A stretch of 63,640 bases of DNA, the filler included, from Octopus bimaculoides (lineage: Eukaryota): the NCBI RefSeq assembly GCF_001194135.2. It is 9 parts of 7 records of this genome, joined end to end, with 100 filler letters (N's around TTAATTAATTAA, not from the genome) between each part and the next. Parts side by side here need not be neighbours in the genome. Positions count along the whole stretch, not along the records: positions 1 to 2,458 come from NC_068987.1; positions 2,559 to 13,567 come from NC_068984.1; 7 more parts are not named here. One strand, given 5' to 3'. The notes beneath the pieces were generated by a model, which was not told the DNA's origin, did no database searches, and worked only from the letters and a program-made list of their open reading frames with translations. The translations under genes were made by a program, and so were the position numbers. This document shows, piece by piece, positions 1 to 11,596 of the stretch. Within the stretch, counting starts at the first letter, position 1, and every line of letters starts with the position of its first letter.

Positions 1-302
1 ATACAAAGACCTGGAAATAGAGAAAACTCGAATGTGGAATCTAAAAACAGAAACAATTCCTATCATAGTAGGTGCCTTAGGTATAATAAAAAAATATTCA
101 GACAAATACATAACAAAAACACCAGGACTTACAAATATATATAACATACAGAAAATTGCACTACTGGGCACTGCACACATCCTACGCAAAACACTTTCAA
201 TACAGTAACCATAAGAGCACCACAACAAACCACAGCACATACCCAAGGCGCACAGAGCTGCGCTCGGTAGTGAAGTGAAAGCACGTTATAAAAATAAAAC
301 TA

Positions 303-332
<30 letters not shown>
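1..332 (+). mobile_element. R4/Dong-like (RLE-type) non-LTR retrotransposon 3' end with (AAT)n tail
   Basis: Frame 2 (2-208) reads YKDLEIEKTRMWNLKTETIPIIVGALGIIKK...KIALLGTAHILRKTLSIQ*, the typical C-terminus after the restriction-like endonuclease. A 3' UTR and (AAT)n at 306-332 follow. Confidence 0.8.
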
Positions 333-333
<1 letters not shown>

Positions 334-400
334 TTCCTTTCTACTGGAGGCACAAGATCTAAAATTTGTGGGGAGGTGACTCGTGGATTACATCGACTCC
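333..400 (-). mobile_element. SINE family B, 3' fragment
   Basis: attcctttctactggaggcacaag...gattacatcgactcc matches the 3' end of the family B copies at 4817, 7043-7901 and 52563. Confidence 0.6.
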
Positions 401-407
401 AACAAAT

Positions 408-790
408 AACTTCAGATGTCAACAGACCTCCTACGTATCCTAGCTGTCCTTAATAACACTGTTTCCTGCAGCTGTACTGAACTGGTTTTTATGCCTCTAT
501 CTTCTATCCATCTGTTCTGATCTCTAGCGATAGTTTCCAATGCACGTATAAGTACTTGGATACATCTTACCCCCCACTTTCGATAGTCTCTGTAATTCAA
601 TGGCTAGTTCCTGGTACTTTGCTACTTTTTTTATACATCTCATATTGATTTGTTCATGATTAGTGACTGTAAAGTCAATTATTTGTCATTTTCCATTCTT
701 TTTATATACTACTGCTACTAAATCAAGCCTTCTAGCTCTATTACTCTGTCAGTCTGAATGTTAGAGTCCTGCAATATCTTGTATTTCTTT
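408..790 (-). mobile_element. Decayed R4/Dong-like LINE, RLE domain and C-terminus
   Basis: Minus strand with frameshifts: KILQDSNIQTDRVIE/ARRLDLV...IIDFTV...KKVAKYQELAIELQRL.../IQVLIRALETI...LQETVLLRTARIRRRSVDI*. This is a PD-(D/E)xK-type motif series. Confidence 0.75.
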
Positions 791-1099
791 GTTTTTATTA
801 CCTTACGAGGTTTATGTTCATACAATTTCTTAGCATGTTAAAATCATAGCAGACGAAGTACTGAGAAACAAAGGTCGCTGCCTCTATTCTATTGGAACTT
901 TACGTTTGTGTTATTAATTGTTACACACACAAATTCGTTCGTATTTTTGTCACCGATAATCCATTTATGTGATTTTGTCTGCTGAACGGTTTTTAGGTTC
1001 TGCCCGACAGTGCGACGTTTTATAGGCTTTTTTTTACCACACGTGTAGCATTTTATTTATTTAAACTGACAGTTATTTTTTAAATGTAGACCACCACAC

Positions 1100-1134
<35 letters not shown>

Positions 1135-1137
<3 letters not shown>

Positions 1138-1280
1138 CACGGTCTTCCGTCTACCAAATTCACTCACAAAACTTTTGCCGGTCCCAGGTTATAGTAGAAG
1201 ACATTTCCACCACATGCGGTGCAGTGGACCTAATCCCGGTACTATGTGGTTGGGAAGCAAGCTTCTTACTAGACACCCAC
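1135..1280 (-). mobile_element. SINE family A, 5' half next to (TA)n
   Basis: Similar to 22077-22232 (gtctaccaaat.cactcacaa...tagtagaagac...tgtggttgggaagcaagcttctta). Confidence 0.7.
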
Positions 1281-1849
1281 GCTTGTGATATGTATAAATA
1301 TACGAACTTTTTAAAAAACTTTTTATGTTTGAAGCATATTCAAACTTGTAAGAGTTATTCACTGAATTTTATTATGGAGGACATTTCTCGTTTTAGACAG
1401 AAAGATGTAGACACATCAAATCAGTTCACATCATTCCCTAACTAAACAGTTGGATGCATGCATTTGAGAGTGGTAATCTCCTTTTCAGCGGTGTTGTGTA
1501 TAATATGATGTGCTCAGCGTTATTCCTACGTATTTTGTTTACGACGAGCAGCTAAACCATTAAACGATGACGAGAATGTCATCAGAGGGATCTGTCTCGT
1601 GTCAGTTCGTAGCGTTTTTCTTTTCTGACTCTGTTGTTGATCTTGCTAATTGGGACCGCCTTTAAACTTCGAATTGCAAACGGTAGGTGTAGCATTTGCA
1701 CATTGTGAAGAATATACCAACATAAACATCAACTTTACAATTCAACTAAGTTAAAGATCCCGCGCCAGTCGTTCTTGCACAGATCAGGTTCACAACACAT
1801 AACAACATTACGACTGTTACTTTTCTTGAAAAGGCACTGCTTATTGCAA

Positions 1850-2040
1850 TATAATCAGAAAACGAATCGAAAAAACAACCCGACACTTTTCAAATGAAAT
1901 TTCGACAATCTTTCAAGGGATGCAAAACAAATCACTTATACCTGTATACAACAACTCCAAACTTGAACAAGCTAGGACGCCACAAAACTTGATTCAAAGA
2001 TGACTTACTTCAGAGTAAGTTGTTCATTTAGACAAGGACT
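1850..2040 (+). mobile_element. Possible old Penelope-like linker-region remnant
   Basis: Translation ...ARTPQNLIQR*LTS resembles the RQPxNL...LT motif of Penelope-like ORFs. The match is weak. Confidence 0.25.
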
Positions 2041-2416
2041 GCGCCAATTTTGCTTTAAACATATCAGGTTTACTAAAGTTTATTATGTTCTCTTTCAATA
2101 ATACTTAGCTCTTTCGATTTATTTACGTTAGGCCTACGTTGAGCACTTTGAGGTTGTCTCGTATTACATTTTACATTCCGTTAAATGTGAAATATTTTTG
2201 GTGTATTTATCTCCTTCGGGTAGAATATTTGTTTCTTTAATTCCATACAAGCAAAGGGCACACAGGGAGTCCATTTTACTGCGGCGCCAGAGAGAAAATG
2301 CAATTTCCCAAACCGAATTTCCTGTATATGTAAACATAAAAGCACACAACCGAAAACAGAACTACCGTTGAATTATAGGGTGTCGCTGAATAAAAATACA
2401 CACACATATATATACA

Positions 2417-2452
<36 letters not shown>

Positions 2453-2458
2453 TATATA

Positions 2459-2558
2459 NNNNNNNNNNNNNNNNNNNNNNNNNNNNNNNNNNNNNNNNNN
2501 NNTTAATTAATTAANNNNNNNNNNNNNNNNNNNNNNNNNNNNNNNNNNNNNNNNNNNN
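2459..2558. other. Artificial 100-bp scaffold spacer N44-TTAATTAATTAA-N44 (12-mer also at 13612, 30627, 34920, 43688, 47280, 55452, 62426)
   Basis: An identical 12-mer with stops in all six frames, embedded in N runs, occurs eight times. Confidence 0.9.
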
Positions 2559-3206
2559 ATATATACATACATATATATATACACACATACATATATAAAT
2601 ACCTATAAATATATATATACATGCATACATATATATATATATATATATACATACATATATATATATATATATCTAGAGAGAGAGAGAGTATTTATACAAG
2701 TGTAAATATAAATATTTAAATATATATATATATATGTATGTATATATAAACACATACATAGGTACACACACGCACAAGCTCGAACACACACACACACACA
2801 CACACAGATGCGCACACACACAGATGCGCACACACTTGCACACACACATACACACACACATACACACACACACACACGTACACACACACGCACGTATGTA
2901 TGTTATGACGTGGTATTATGTTTAAATCTGGAAGTAGATCAATGGAGAACAAGAGAGTTAACAAATATCTTCACAATGAACGTTAATGAGGTGTATTTAG
3001 ATATAAATCCTATTCGTCTTTCATTTCGCAAGCTTCTTTCCTATCTCGTGTTTGTTGTTGTTGATGTTGGAGCTGCTGCTGCTGCTGCTGTTACTGTTAT
3101 TGTTGTTGTTGCTGTTGTTGTTTGATGATTTTGCTGTCTTTGTGGTTGTCTTTGCTTTTCGCTTCTTTTTTTTCTTTTTCCTTTCCATCCTTCTGCCTCC
3201 TTGCAT

Positions 3207-3249
<43 letters not shown>

Positions 3250-3430
3250 CTCTTTATTTCTTTCTTTCTCTCTGTCTTTCTTTCCTCTCTGTCTTGCTTC
3301 CTGCTTCTGTGATTTTGTGGTGATTCCAATTTTATATATACACCCATACACACACATATATACACACATACAAACATGCATGCACACTCACACATATATT
3401 TACACCCACTCGTATTATATATGTATATGC

Positions 3431-3479
<49 letters not shown>

Positions 3480-4221
3480 TACATGTGTGTGTGTGCATAT
3501 ATATATATATATGTATAATATATACGAGTGTGTATGCATGTGTGTGCGTGTATTTATGTGTGTACCATTGTGGTTTGTTGACATGGAATCCTATATCACC
3601 ACCAACAACAACAACAGTAGCAGCAACAACAACAACAGCAGCAGCAACAACAACAACAACAACAACAGCAGCAGCAACAACAACCGAAAATCTATTTAAC
3701 AAGCATCTCTGAAATCTAAGCATGGCCACCGAATGAAGTGAAATGATGGCGGGATGAGAGGATTAATGTGGGTTAAATATAATAAATATGTCCTATATTG
3801 TACGGAGGAGAGAATGACAAATAGACAGAGAGATACCCACTTCCACCTTCACCTTACAACGATCACTACTACCACCACTGCTACTACTACCAATACCATC
3901 TCTGTCAGTTTATAACTGTTATGTCCTATACTGTTTGAAAGGGAGACTGACAAACGGATAGAGACAGCCATCTACATCGTCGCCTTCAAAACGACCATTG
4001 GCACCACCACCACCACTACTACTACTACTACCAATGCTATCTTCCTTACTTTGTAATCACTGCTAACACCAGCGACTCACTGCCAACAACGTCTACCGTC
4101 CACCATTTTTGTTCCATTTTGGTGAGAATACTGCAACGCTTGCACTCATGCAAATACAATTACCACCATCACCACCACTATTCCTACTGCAACTACTACT
4201 ACTGCTACTACTACTACTACT

Positions 4222-4600
4222 AATGAGGAAAACAGTCTGGGATTCTACGTCAAACAGCAGAGTGAGCCGTTGTCGGTCTTAGAAATAGCAAGATGATACC
4301 CACTGAAAATCTGAAGAACCCAAAAACATTTAAGAAACAGAATGAAGAACAAAGAATAAATAATTGGAAAATGAAAACAATGCATGGGTAATACCTAAGA
4401 GAAATCGAAGGGAAAGACAGGACCAACACCTGGAGGTGGCTAAGAGAAACTGATTTGAAAGGATGCGGCGAGGCATTGATATGCAACGCCCAGGAATAAA
4501 CTAGTGATTGTAGGAGCTCTAGGAACGATCAAAAAAGCAAGTGAAAATTATTTGAGAATGATCCTTGGCTTATTATTCTTGCAAGAAGAGCAAAAGATGG
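4222..4600 (+). mobile_element. Internally deleted R4/Dong-like LINE fragment
   Basis: NEENSLGFYVKQQSEPL...NNWKMKTMHG*YLREIEGKD...TWRWLRETDLKGCGEALICNAQE* is joined directly to VIVGALGTIKKASENYLRMI. It starts at the end of a (CTA)n tract. Confidence 0.7.
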
Positions 4601-4816
4601 ATTTAACTGGTATGTCACACGTATTGATAACGGTTCCTACCAGTGTTGTTTTAATTGTTGTCTTCTTTCGCATAACTTCATTTCATTTTGTAAATGAATA
4701 ATCTGTTGTGTTTATTTTAATGGCCTATCAATGTATACAGTGCGTTTCTTTGCCCTAGGAGTCTGGAAGACACTCAAGAAGAAATGGAAACATAGTTGAA
4801 AGAAGAAAACCTCATA

Positions 4817-5030
4817 AAAATCCTTTTCTATTATAGGCACAAGGCCTGCAATTTTGGTAAAGGGTAAAAGTCTATGACATCGAGCCCAGGGCTCAACAAG
4901 CACTTGTCGTTTTGACTCCGGAAGGATGAAATGCAAAGTAGACCTCGGCGGAATTTGAGCACAGACCGTATAGATGGATGCTGCGAAGCAAGTTACCCGG
5001 CATGCTATCGATTCTGCCAATGCACCACAG
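4817..5030 (-). mobile_element. SINE family B (tRNA-like head)
   Basis: Contains ataggcacaaggcctg...ggatgaaa.gcaaagt.gacctcggcggaatttga, shared by all family B copies. Confidence 0.7.
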
Positions 5031-5358
5031 AGTTGACAAAGACAATTATATTCTCCATGATGAAAAAAAAAAATGAAAATAGCGAACTAATTACTGAGAT
5101 AACAACGCTAAATGATTAGAGAGATGTATAGAAGTGAACTGAGAAGAAATAATTAAACACATAATGACAATTAAGGAATGTGTCTATCATCTCCTTGGTA
5201 ATTAGTACAACTGGAATGAGACACAAGTCTAGGTCCACGTGCATTGCAGTTCATGTGTGCGCGTGTGTGCAAAGAGTTGTTGCGCGGGCACGTGTGTAAA
5301 TGTGTGTGTTTTTTGCACGAAGTGAGCGTGCACATGAGTGAGTGTGTATGTGTGTGTG

Positions 5359-5392
<34 letters not shown>

Positions 5393-5869
5393 TGAGCGTG
5401 TATGTGTGTGCGCATGCGCTTATTTCTGTCCATGTCTGTCGGTGCGCACAGACGCAGTTACATAAAGGTTTCGACAGGTTTTCATGAAACGACCAGCTAT
5501 AAATGTAATTGTATATGAGTGCGCGAGCGTGTGTGAGTGTGTGTGTGTGCGTGTATGTACGCGCGTGTGTGGGTGTGTGCGTGTATGTGTCTATGTATCG
5601 TGGGCATAGAAAGCGCAGTTTGTTTCTGTATTATGTATTTCAGATTCCTGCGAGTCTTGTCCCTTTGTGGATGTCAGGACGATGGATTCCAGACGAGGAA
5701 ACTAGTTGAGTTTCTGATCCGCTGCTCCTCTTGGACTGTTTAGGATTCCACGAGGATCAGTATTCCAATGGGAAAATATTCCACATAACAACATCTTGGA
5801 CACTGTCCATGTATATACTATGCTCTCTGCACATGATATACTATTGCGAATCCCTCGGGTGTGCGCGCG

Positions 5870-5935
<66 letters not shown>

Positions 5936-6624
5936 NNNNNNNNNNNNNNNNNNNNNNNNNNNNNNNNNNNNNNNNNNNNNNNNNNNNNNNNNNNNNNNNN
6001 NNNNNNNNNNNNNNNNNNNNNNNNNNNNNNNNNNNNNNNNNNNNNNNNNNNNNNNNNNNNNNNNNNNNNNNNNNNNNNNNNNNNNNNNNNNNNNNNNNNN
6101 NNNNNNNNNNNNNNNNNNNNNNNNNNNNNNNNNNNNNNNNNNNNNNNNNNNNNNNNNNNNNNNNNNNNNNNNNNNNNNNNNNNNNNNNNNNNNNNNNNNN
6201 NNNNNNNNNNNNNNNNNNNNNNNNNNNNNNNNNNNNNNNNNNNNNNNNNNNNNNNNNNNNNNNNNNNNNNNNNNNNNNNNNNNNNNNNNNNNNNNNNNNN
6301 NNNNNNNNNNNNNNNNNNNNNNNNNNNNNNNNNNNNNNNNNNNNNNNNNNNNNNNNNNNNNNNNNNNNNNNNNNNNNNNNNNNNNNNNNNNNNNNNNNNN
6401 NNNNNNNNNNNNNNNNNNNNNNNNNNNNNNNNNNNNNNNNNNNNNNNNNNNNNNNNNNNNNNNNNNNNNNNNNNNNNNNNNNNNNNNNNNNNNNNNNNNN
6501 NNNNNNNNNNNNNNNNNNNNNNNNNNNNNNNNNNNNNNNNNNNNNNNNNNNNNNNNNNNNNNNNNNNNNNNNNNNNNNNNNNNNNNNNNNNNNNNNNNNT
6601 AATACTGATAATGATGGTGAAGAC

Positions 6625-6664
<40 letters not shown>

Positions 6665-7042
6665 GCGACGACGATGAGGATGATGTTGAGGATGATGATG
6701 ATGATTTTGAGGATGATGATGGTATTAAGGATGATGATGACGGGGGGACGATGATGATGACAGCAGCAGCACCAGTGGTAGTAGTAGTAGTAGTAGTAGA
6801 AGTAGAAGTAGCAGTAGTAGTAGTAGTAGTAGCAGCAGCTGTACAGTAGTGTCAATACAAGAGGTGAGAATAGCGCTGCAGCAGTAACAAGAACACATGA
6901 TGCAGAAATATACTGCAGCAACTAATGCACATACAACGGTGCAGTTAGTGTCACTGCACTTGATAACACAACACTAACCTGCACCACGGTGCACGATGTC
7001 GCCACTCGATTTTACTCAACATCTCTACCCTGCGTATAACGC

Positions 7043-7901
7043 AATAATTCATTCTATTATAAGCACAAGGCCTGAAATTTTACAAGGTGAGAGGTTAGTC
7101 GAGAACATTGACCCCCTGTCCTCAACAGGTACTTATTTTAGTGACCCTGAAAGGAAGAAAAGCAAAGCTGGCTTCGGTGGAATTTGAACTCAAAAATCTA
7201 AATCCGAGAGAAATGTTAAACACTTGGTCAGGTGAGCTGACGTTTCTGCCAGCTCTAGGCACAAGGCCCAGAAATTTTGAGGGAAGGGGCCAGTCGATTA
7301 GATCGACCCCAGTACGCAACTGGTACTTAATTTATCGACTCCGAAAGTATGAAAGGCAAAGTCGACCTTGGCGGAATTTGAACTCAGAACATAAAGACAG
7401 ACGAAATACCGTTAAGCATTTCGCCCGGCGTGCTAACGTTTCTGCCAGCTCGTAAAGCATAATAATGGTTTCAAATTTTGATACAGGACCAGCAAGTATT
7501 TGACGGGAGGGGAAACTCTGTTACATCGAACTTCACTAGTTCTTATTTTATCAACCACGAAACGATGAACAGCGAAGTCGACTTCGGTGGAATTTGAATT
7601 CAGAACGTAAAGACGAGTGAAATGCCACTGAGCGTTGTGCTGAAGATTCTATCACCTCCCCGCCTTAATAATCCTTTCTACCGGAAGTACAAGGCTTCAA
7701 ATTTGGGAGAAGAGATTAAGTCAATTACATCAACCCCAGTACTCGACTGGTACTTAATTTATCGGCCTCGAAAGGATGAAAGGCAAAGTCGACCGCGGCG
7801 GAATTTGAACTCAAAACGAAATACCGCTAAGCATTTCGCCTGTGCTAACGATTCTTCCAGCATTCTAACGACTCTGCCAACTCCCGGCATCACTCGCCGC
7901 C
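7043..7901 (-). mobile_element. Head-to-tail array of four family B SINEs (~7043-7255, 7256-7452, 7459-7664, 7665-7901)
   Basis: Four co-oriented copies of the gtcgac.tcgg.ggaatttgaactca core. On the minus strand there are A-box-like (GAGCTGGCAGAA) and B-box-like (GAGTTCAAATTCC) motifs. Confidence 0.8.
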
Positions 7902-7999
<98 letters not shown>

Positions 8000-8002
8000 T
8001 AT

Positions 8003-8588
8003 AAAAATAATCGGATGCAGTTGATGCCCGGATGCAGAACCAGGCAGTGGCTCTCATGGCTTCTGATCTTAATTGATTGGAAGTGTTATGTACATTGTTT
8101 TGTCTTGGTATAAAAGATGGGCTACAGCAAATATTCTGCTCAATACCACAGATTTGCTTGTCAGTTGTTTGACCTTAACCAGTTGAGCATGTCCCTTAGT
8201 GNNNNNNNNNNTGCTCAATACCACAGATTTGCTTGTCAGTTGTTTGACCTTAACCAGTTGAGCATGTCCCTTAGTGGCTGACGATATGTGCATCTCTGAT
8301 CACAAGCAGAAGTAGTGGGGGAGCATCATAGTCATGTGTTGAGAGGAATTCTTTGGGGTTTGAATAATTCACCTTTGGATACATGGGTGTTTTTCTCAAC
8401 ATCCTTAAACGAACCTTATTCAGGGACCTTTTGAGCGGGATGGGCTACTCGACCTGAAGAAAATTCTAACTGGGCCCCACCTGTAAGGTCATGGGATGTT
8501 TATCTTGATATGAGATCACCATGTCGCGCACATATGGTTGTGATGCATGTACCTGGTGTACCCTTATCAGACGGGTAGTCATGATGGG
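8003..8588 (+). mobile_element. Family D non-autonomous retroelement (~600 bp), truncated by gap
   Basis: Homologous to the inverted copy at 33857-34330. It begins after (AAT)n and has no ORF. Confidence 0.7.
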
Positions 8589-9633
8589 NNNNNNNNNNNN
8601 NNNNNNNNNNNNNNNNNNNNNNNNNNNNNNNNNNNNNNNNNNNNNNNNNNNNNNNNNNNNNNNNNNNNNNNNNNNNNNNNNNNNNNNNNNNNNNNNNNNN
8701 NNNNNNNNNNNNNNNNNNNNNNNNNNNNNNNNNNNNNNNNNNNNNNNNNNNNNNNNNNNNNNNNNNNNNNNNNNNNNNNNNNNNNNNNNNNNNNNNNNNN
8801 NNNNNNNNNNNNNNNNNNNNNNNNNNNNNNNNNNNNNNNNNNNNNNNNNNNNNNNNNNNNNNNNNNNNNNNNNNNNNNNNNNNNNNNNNNNNNNNNNNNN
8901 NNNNNNNNNNNNNNNNNNTATATATAAATACTATAAGTGTGTATGTGTGTGCGCGTGTATGTAGGTGTCAGTATATATCAATATGTGTATCTTATATCGT
9001 GGGAGTCTATATATATAAATGTGTGCGTGTGTGTGTGCACATGTATGTGTGCATATGTGTGTGTACGCGCGCGTGCGTGTATGTCTATACGTGCGTTTGT
9101 ATGTTTGTGTGTATGTGTGTGTGTGTGCGTGTGTGTGTGTGTGTGCATGTGTGTGTGTGTATCTTTATCTCAGCAGACAGCGACTTGGCTTTTATCGGAA
9201 TACACAAAAACCTGAAAACCATTGATTACCATCAAAGAAACAGCTGCGAATGATACAGAAGAACAACAAGAAGAAGAAGAACGTTGAATTATTTACAATT
9301 AATCATATCCAAGAACGATGGTGCTGGATAAGAGTATCATCCAACCAGACAAGTCAGCTAGCAATCCAGCCGAACAGATCGATAAATGAAGAAATCAATA
9401 GAGACGAAAATCGATGACTAAGAAGAAAGAGTGAAGACGGTTTCACGGCATTTTGTATTTGTTAAACGAGGTTAATTGAGGAGAGGAAATGGAGACAATC
9501 ACCTGTAAACACTAACACGTACAGATATGCAATAGGTGTGTGTATGTGTGTATATATATGTGTGTGTGTGTAGATGTATTTGTATGTATCTTTGAATGGA
9601 TGCGCGTCTAAGCACGTGTGTACATATATATAC

Positions 9634-9666
<33 letters not shown>

Positions 9667-10594
9667 NNNNNNNNNNNNNNNNNNNNNNNNNNNNNNNNNN
9701 NNNNNNNNNNNNNNNNNNNNNNNNNNNNNNNNNNNNNNNNNNNNNNNNNNNNNNNNNNNNNNNNNNNNNNNNNNNNNNNNNNNNNNNNNNNNNNNNNNNN
9801 NNNNNNNNNNNNNNNNNNNNNNNNNNNNNNNNNNNNNNNNNNNNNNNNNNNNNNNNNNNNNNNNNNNNNNNNNNNNNNNNNNNNNNNNNNNNNNNNNNNN
9901 NNNNNNNNNNNNNNNNNNNNNNNNNNNNNNNNNNNNNNNNNNNNNNNNNNNNNNNNNNNNNNNNNNNNNNNNNNNNNNNNNNNNNNNNNNNNNNNNNNNN
10001 NNNNNNNNNNNNNNNNNNNNNNNNNNNNNNNNNNNNNNNNNNNNNNNNNNNNNNNNNNNNNNNNNNNNNNNNNNNNNNNNNNNNNNNNNNNNNNNNNNNN
10101 NNNNNNNNNNNNNNNNNNNNNNNNNNNNNNNNNNNNNNNNNNNNNNNNNNNNNNNNNNNNNNNNNNNNNNNNNNNNNNNNNNNNNNNNNNNNNNNNNNNN
10201 NNNNNNNNNNNNNNNNNNNNNNNNNNNNNNNNNNNNNNNNNNNNNNNNNNNNNNNNNNNNNNNNNNNNNNNNNNNNNNNNNNNNNNNNNNNNNNNNNNNN
10301 NNNNNNNNNNNNNNNNNNNNNNNNNNNNNNNNNNNNNNNNNNNNNNNNNNNNNNNNNNNNNNNNNNNNNNNNNNNNNNNNNNNNNNNNNNNNNNNNNNNN
10401 NNNNNNNNNNNNNNNNNNNNNNNNNNNNNNNNNNNNNNNNNNNNNNNNNNNNNNNNNNNNNNNNNNNNNNNNNNNNNNNNNNNNNNNNNNNNNNNNNNNN
10501 NNNNNNNNNNNNNNNNNNNNNNNNNNNNNNNNNNNNNNNNNNNNNNNNNNNNNNNNNNNNNNNNNNNNNNNNNNNNNNNNNNNNNNNNNNNNNN

Positions 10595-10729
10595 TCCGAG
10601 TTTCGGATGTCGGGGCGGAATATCACGCCGGCATCTTTTCGGTTATCGGGCCATCAACATTTTTTTTTGATGACCCGATAACCGAAGAGATGCCGGCGTG
10701 TCTTTCCACCCCGACATCCGAAACACGGA
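10595..10729. repeat. Long near-perfect inverted repeat (63-bp arms, 9-nt loop)
   Basis: 10595-10657 versus the reverse complement of 10667-10729: 56/63 identical by hand alignment. CpG-rich. Confidence 0.9.
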
Positions 10730-10927
10730 GTTTTATCATGGCTACCGAATAATATATATATTATATATACAGAGAGAGAAACAGACAGCCAGAGAGATGT
10801 AAAAGAAACCTACTGAGTGGTGTTTTCTAATAATCTGTATACGCGAGAATCTATCTATCTCTCCATCCACCCATCTACAGATAGACAGACAGACAGACTG
10901 ATAGGCTGATAGCCCGATCGATCGATC

Positions 10928-10958
<31 letters not shown>

Positions 10959-11063
10959 TGTTGTATGTATATGTACATATATTTTTAGATATGTGCACGT
11001 ATATACAAATATACACATATATAAAAATACATACAAAAATAAACACCTCCACACACACACACG

Positions 11064-11133
<70 letters not shown>

Positions 11134-11481
11134 CATATATATATACTACACGCTTTTTACGTCCATTTATATCAATCTATGAAAGGTGTCATTTAGATTT
11201 TAATGGTCGACATTCTGATATAATACACACTCACAAACACACACAAACACAACAAGGCAGATACACATATCCACTGACACCACCTAAACTCGAGCACATT
11301 TTCACACACATACACAGATACTTATGTACGTATTTATGTATCTTTGCTTCTTTGACATCAAATATTGGCGTATTTTATCACAGATGCAATAAATATAGAA
11401 ATATTTATTGTATCTATCCCTCATTGTCTGCTGCATATTTACGTGTGTGTGTATGTGGTGTGTGTGTATGTGGTGTGTGTG

Positions 11482-11517
<36 letters not shown>

Positions 11518-11549
11518 TGTGCGTCTGTGTGTGTGTTTGTGTATGTCTG

Positions 11550-11593
<44 letters not shown>

Positions 11594-11596
<3 letters not shown>

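Noticed and set aside
845-1025. Hammerhead-like fragments (CAGACGA..GAAAC..GTC; CTGCTGA)
   Set aside because: Stems I and II do not pair in register.
2603-3729. Long ORFs such as poly-HT, CV, YI, poly-N/L and ERER (also throughout the window)
   Set aside because: They are translations of dinucleotide, trinucleotide and tetranucleotide microsatellites, not genes.
5643-5860. Unique GC-richer stretch after a good acceptor (TATTTCAG)
   Set aside because: All three frames stop within ~35 codons and there is no convincing donor. The LLLLD similarity to pogo DDE domains is too weak.
5731-6921. Very long ORFs spanning N runs (also 9499-10752, 25240-26215, 32340-33127, 55832-57106)
   Set aside because: The length comes from gap Xs; the flanking real sequence is repeat.
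6948-6985. Small hairpins (also ~59265-59320)
   Set aside because: They are short and AT-rich or imperfect, and are expected by chance or from replication slippage.
7043-7901. Regularly spaced repeats as a CRISPR-like array
   Set aside because: The units are ~200-bp diverged SINEs with no unique spacers, in a eukaryotic context without cas genes.
8137-8275. 64-bp tandem duplication inside family D
   Set aside because: It flanks a 10-N gap and is absent from the 34 kb copy, so it is an assembly overlap artefact.
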